Origin: Planctomycetota bacterium
GTDB lineage: Bacteria; Planctomycetota; B15-G4; SIAN01
Reading direction: 5' to 3'
Length of the DNA stretch: 64,000 nt
Assembly (NCBI GenBank): GCA_009691715.1
Contig: SIAN01000023.1
Location: 3,059 to 67,058 of the forward strand
A program made the position numbers and the translations under genes. Each line of letters opens with the position of its first letter. Position 1 is the stretch's first letter. Positions 61,108-64,000 of the stretch are shown here, in pieces. Below the pieces are notes generated by a model. That model was not told where the DNA came from, did not search any database, and saw only the letters and a program-made list of their open reading frames with translations.

Positions 61108-62226
61108 ATGCGGAAGTGGTTGGTCGCGCTGGTGCTGCTTGGGGTCGGCACCGCGGGCGCGATAAAGATCTGGAGAGAACGCGCCAGTCCAGGCTCGATC
61201 GAACCTCGCGACGATGACGACGTGGCAGCCGCTCCGAAAGAAGTGGTTGACGACGGAGATGTCGCCGAGGCGCCCATCGTCGAACACGACGGCGTGTCGC
61301 TCGATCTCTCAACTCAGGTGCCGGAAGTCGAGCTGACGCCGGTCACGACAGAATCAGCCGCAGAGAGGCCAACCGGGGCTCCAATTGAGCCGAACGCGTC
61401 TGGGCCCGCTGTCGCCGCGGCAGCACCGGATGGCGGAATCGAAGATCAGCCGGGCGGCGCAACAAAATTCGCTGAGGGCGAAGCGCGGCGGAAGGCGATC
61501 GGTCTGGTCGATGCGGCGGGGAAGCATTCCGATCCGATCGAGCAGACCCGACTCCTCTCGGAGGCGGTGCTGAGCGGCTCGCTCGATCGCGAAAGCGAGG
61601 CGAAGGCCTACCAGACGTTGCTCGAGGCGCATCAGCGAGGGTTGTTGAGCCCGCGCGTGCACGATCGGTGTTTGCTAGTCGAAGTCGTCGACGGTGACAG
61701 CCTCTGGAGGATTTGCAAACGCGTTGCGAAGGACGGTCATGCAGGCGTGACGCCGGGGCTGATCCAACTCGTCAACGGAATGACCAGCGATCGAATCAGG
61801 GCCGGCGCGAAACTGAAGATTCCGAATGCGCCAGTCTCGATCTTGGTGGAAAAGTCGAAGTACCGACTCAGCGTGTTGATCGGCGATCTGCTGATGCGCC
61901 GCTACCTCGTCGGGATTGGCAAGGACAACAAGACTCCCGAAGGCGACTTCACGATCAAGTCACGATTGGTCGATCCGCCGTGGTTCCCTCCAGGCGGAGG
62001 CCAGATTCCGGCGGGGGATCCAGAAAACGTGCTCGGCACCCGCTGGCTCGGATTCGCGGAAAAGCCAGGATTCGCTGATGCCGCGACGTTCGGCATCCAC
62101 GGCACTCGCGAGGATGATTCGATCGGGACGCAGTCCTCGAATGGGTGCGTTCGGATGCACAATCAAGAGGTTGAGGAACTATTCGAATGGATCGGAGAAG
62201 GCGTGACGGTGACGATCCAGCCCTAG
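61108..62226 (+). CDS. LysM domain plus YkuD-type L,D-transpeptidase
   Basis: GGGGAGG RBS, TM/signal MRKWLVALVLLGVGTAGAI, LysM (VEVVDGDSLWRICKRV...IRAGAKLKIP), YkuD catalytic motif FGIHGT...SNGCVRMHN. Ends in TAG. Confidence 0.9.
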   Translation: MRKWLVALVLLGVGTAGAIKIWRERASPGSIEPRDDDDVAAAPKEVVDDGDVAEAPIVEHDGVSLDLSTQVPEVELTPVTTESAAERPTGAPIEPNASGPAVAAAAPDGGIEDQPGGATKFAEGEARRKAIGLVDAAGKHSDPIEQTRLLSEAVLSGSLDRESEAKAYQTLLEAHQRGLLSPRVHDRCLLVEVVDGDSLWRICKRVAKDGHAGVTPGLIQLVNGMTSDRIRAGAKLKIPNAPVSILVEKSKYRLSVLIGDLLMRRYLVGIGKDNKTPEGDFTIKSRLVDPPWFPPGGGQIPAGDPENVLGTRWLGFAEKPGFADAATFGIHGTREDDSIGTQSSNGCVRMHNQEVEELFEWIGEGVTVTIQP

Positions 62227-62316
62227 TCGATTCGGCGGCGCCCACCGGCGTGTTCACGATGGACCGACGCGCGCAGAAAGCCCTCCACTGTCTCATCGAT
62301 CGCACCCCCTAGCCAC

Positions 62317-62548
62317 CTGACCGTACCCCACAAGTCCCCCCGCTGAACACTGCTGGCTACGCGGTGGACAGGAACAGTTGGTAGGCGGTGGTGATATCGG
62401 TGAGGCGTTCGAGACCCTTCCAGATGGTTTCGGCGCCGGGATTCTTGTAGCCGAGGAAGCCGGGAAGTCGCCGAGGAAGGCGATCGTCAGCACCGCCTTT
62501 TGCAGCGTGGGCGGCACTGCGGGCGGGGTGCGGGTGCGTTGCGGTGGG
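62317..62548 (-). mobile_element. Second, longer relic of the unclassified IS seen at 7628-7760, truncated by the IS3 insertion
   Basis: 62317-62449 is 128/133 identical to the reverse complement of 7628-7760 (GYKNPGAETIWKGLERLTDITTAYQLFLSTA* plus terminus ...ggtacggtcag). Upstream coding-like LQKAVLTIAFLGDF sits in another frame. Ends where the IS3 terminus tgtcaagg begins (62549). Confidence 0.7.
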
Positions 62549-62577
62549 TGTCAAGGTAGTTGTCGCCTCACTCACGT

Positions 62578-63656
62578 TCACGCAGCCCCCGAGGCTGTGT
62601 GAGGTTCTTCAGGCGAGTTGAGGTACACGATCTCCTGCCGCGTCCAGTCGCGGAGCTTGCCGGACCAGCGCTCGGGATGGCGCTGCCGCGCGGCTTGCCA
62701 CACACGCGCTCGCCGGGTCAGGATCTCGCGATCGAGACCGCGGTGGCGTTCTCGCGGGGTCACGAAGCGGATTCCGGAGTGGCGGTGCTCGGTGTTGTAC
62801 CAGGCCACGAAGCGATCGACCCAGAGCTGCGCGGACGCGACCGATGCGAAGGAGCCGTCCGGATAGTCGGGACGGTACTAGAGCGTCCGGAAGAGCGACT
62901 CAATGTAGGGGTTGTCATCGCTCACGCTCGGTCGGCTGTACGACGCGATCACGCCGAGTTGCTCGAGCTTCACCTTGAGCGTTGCGCCCTTCATCGTGGC
63001 GCCGTTGTCGGCGTGCAGGATCCGCGGCTGCTCCACTACGCCTTCACGTTGACACGCCGCTTCGATCAGCTTCGCCGCCAAGGTGCTGCATTCCCGATCG
63101 TGCACTTCCGCGGCGACGATCTTGCGGCTGAAGAGATCCACCACGAGGTACAGGTAGACGAAGATTCCGCGGACCGGCGTACGCAGGTAGGTGATGTCCC
63201 AGCACCAGACCTGGTTCGGCGCGCTTGCCTTGAGCCGCGGCTTCGCCCGCGACTGCGGCGGACGCACCGCGCTTCGATGGGCAAGCTGCCCGCGCTCACG
63301 CAGCAGACGGTAGAGCGAGCGATCCGACGCGATGTACATGCCGCGGTCCGCCAGCCGCGGCACGATCTGTTTGGGCGACAGATCTCTGAACTCCGCAGAA
63401 TTGGCGATCGCGAGCAGTCTTTCGCGCTCAGCAGGGCTCAGCCGATTCCGCGGCGCCGACCGCGGACCGGCGCGTCGATCGCCGCCCGCTTGACGCTGCC
63501 AGCGCTCGAGCGTGCGCAGCGCGATTCCAAGCTCCGCGCACACGCGCTTCGCTCGCGCGCCGCTGCCGACTGCCTCTCCAAGCAGCCCGAAGATCATCGC
63601 GCGTTCCGCTTCGAGGTGGCGTCGTCCTCGTCCCCCAAGAGCGCCTCCAGTTTTTT
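62578..63656 (-). pseudogene. IS3 orfB (DDE transposase) with an in-frame TAG
   Basis: ...DNPYIESLFRTL-TAG(62878-62880)-YRPDYPDGSFASVASAQLWVDRFVAWYNTEHRHSGIRF. The family consensus is FRTLKY, so AAG to TAG is the simplest change. Confidence 0.8.
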
Positions 63657-63968
63657 TCGGAGCGCCAGCAGCGCCGTGACCTCCGCCAGCGCGCGATCCT
63701 TGCGCAAAAGCTCTTTCTCCAGCGCACGGATGCGCTGCAGCTCCTTCGACGCGACCACACGCTTCGGGCCGTGCGTCGTGAGTGCATCCTTCACCGCCGC
63801 GCGCCAGCTCTCGAGCTGCGCCGCGTGCAGCCCGCGCTCGCGCAGGAAGCCGCCGAGCTGTTCCTCGCGCAGGCCCGCCGCCGCTTGCACGACCGCGAGC
63901 TTCTCCTATGCCGTCCACTGCCGCGGGCTCTTCTCCCCCTTCGTGTCGTTTGGCTGCTGCGTGTTCAT
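63594..63968 (-). pseudogene. IS3 orfA with an in-frame TAG at codon 21
   Basis: MNTQQPNDTKGEKSPRQWTA-TAG(63906-63908)-EKLAVVQAAAGLREEQLGGFLRERGLH.... The family consensus at this spot is W(T/S)xEEK, so GAG to TAG is the simplest change. Confidence 0.8.
63650..63656 (-). promoter_or_regulatory. Programmed -1 ribosomal frameshift site (A AAA AAA) of the IS3 element
   Basis: The element strand reads cgaAAAAAAActg in the orfA frame (RKKL). The orfB frame is -1 (PKKTGG). Classical IS3-family heptamer. Confidence 0.75.
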
Positions 63969-64000
63969 GCGCGGCACCGTAGGCGCCGCCGCGCGCCAAC

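Larger units (their letters stand above)
62549..64000 (-). mobile_element. IS3-family insertion sequence, left end beyond the window
   Basis: orfA (HTH/leucine zipper) and orfB (DDE: WCWDITYL...DLFSRKIV...HADNGATMKG...SVSDDNPYIESLF...WYNTEHRHSGI) in 0/-1 frames with an A7 slippery run. The terminus reads ...ccttgaca on the element strand. Confidence 0.9.

Overview
High-GC (roughly two-thirds G+C by eye) bacterial chromosomal window, gene-dense, read by eye from the sequence and ORF track only. No database search was possible, so novelty cannot be confirmed.

Layout:
(1) 1-5105: rrn operon (16S cut by the window edge, tRNA-Ile, tRNA-Ala, 23S, 5S, hairpin terminator).
(2) 5134-7760: a graveyard of decayed insertion sequences. 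It holds an IS3-end relic, an IS1634-like transposase split by an internally deleted IS21-like element, and a relic of a fourth IS. It abuts tRNA-Ala(GGC).
(3) proS plus accessory genes, several with single lesions: a frameshifted SRPBCC gene and a CRTAC1/ASPIC-UnbV gene with TGA at an expected Trp.
(4) 15809-32007 (perhaps to 33656): an intact operon with touching or overlapping start/stop codons, encoding an atypical type IV filament / T2SS-like module. Order: double-FHA membrane protein, PilM-PilN (GspL-like) fusion, PilO/GspM-like, TPR protein, then GspG-, GspH-, GspK-, GspJ- and GspI-like pseudopilins. The GspK-like gene encodes 1699 aa. Lectin-like (LamG-type) beta-sandwich domains recur. 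No ATPase, platform, secretin or prepilin peptidase lies in the window. This is my best candidate for the unusual system.
(5) Parvulin lipoprotein, scpB, PpiD-like chaperone, and an ndk-TPR-rnpA-yidD operon.
(6) An ECF sigma / zf-HC2 anti-sigma operon with several frameshift and amber lesions.
(7) A complete F1Fo ATP synthase operon, aspS, thrS-infC-rpmI-rplT-pheS-pheT, and a LysM-YkuD L,D-transpeptidase.
(8) Right edge: a second, inverted copy of the IS relic seen at 7628-7760, then an IS3-family element with a canonical A7 -1 frameshift site and two in-frame TAG codons.

Recurring themes: lesions confined to accessory and mobile genes, perfect in-frame tandem duplications of 15/18/36 bp, and IS relics forming inverted repeats that bracket about 54.6 kb of core genes. 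The 16S EUB338 site variant (GGCTGC) hints at a PVC/Planctomycetota-related lineage (low confidence).
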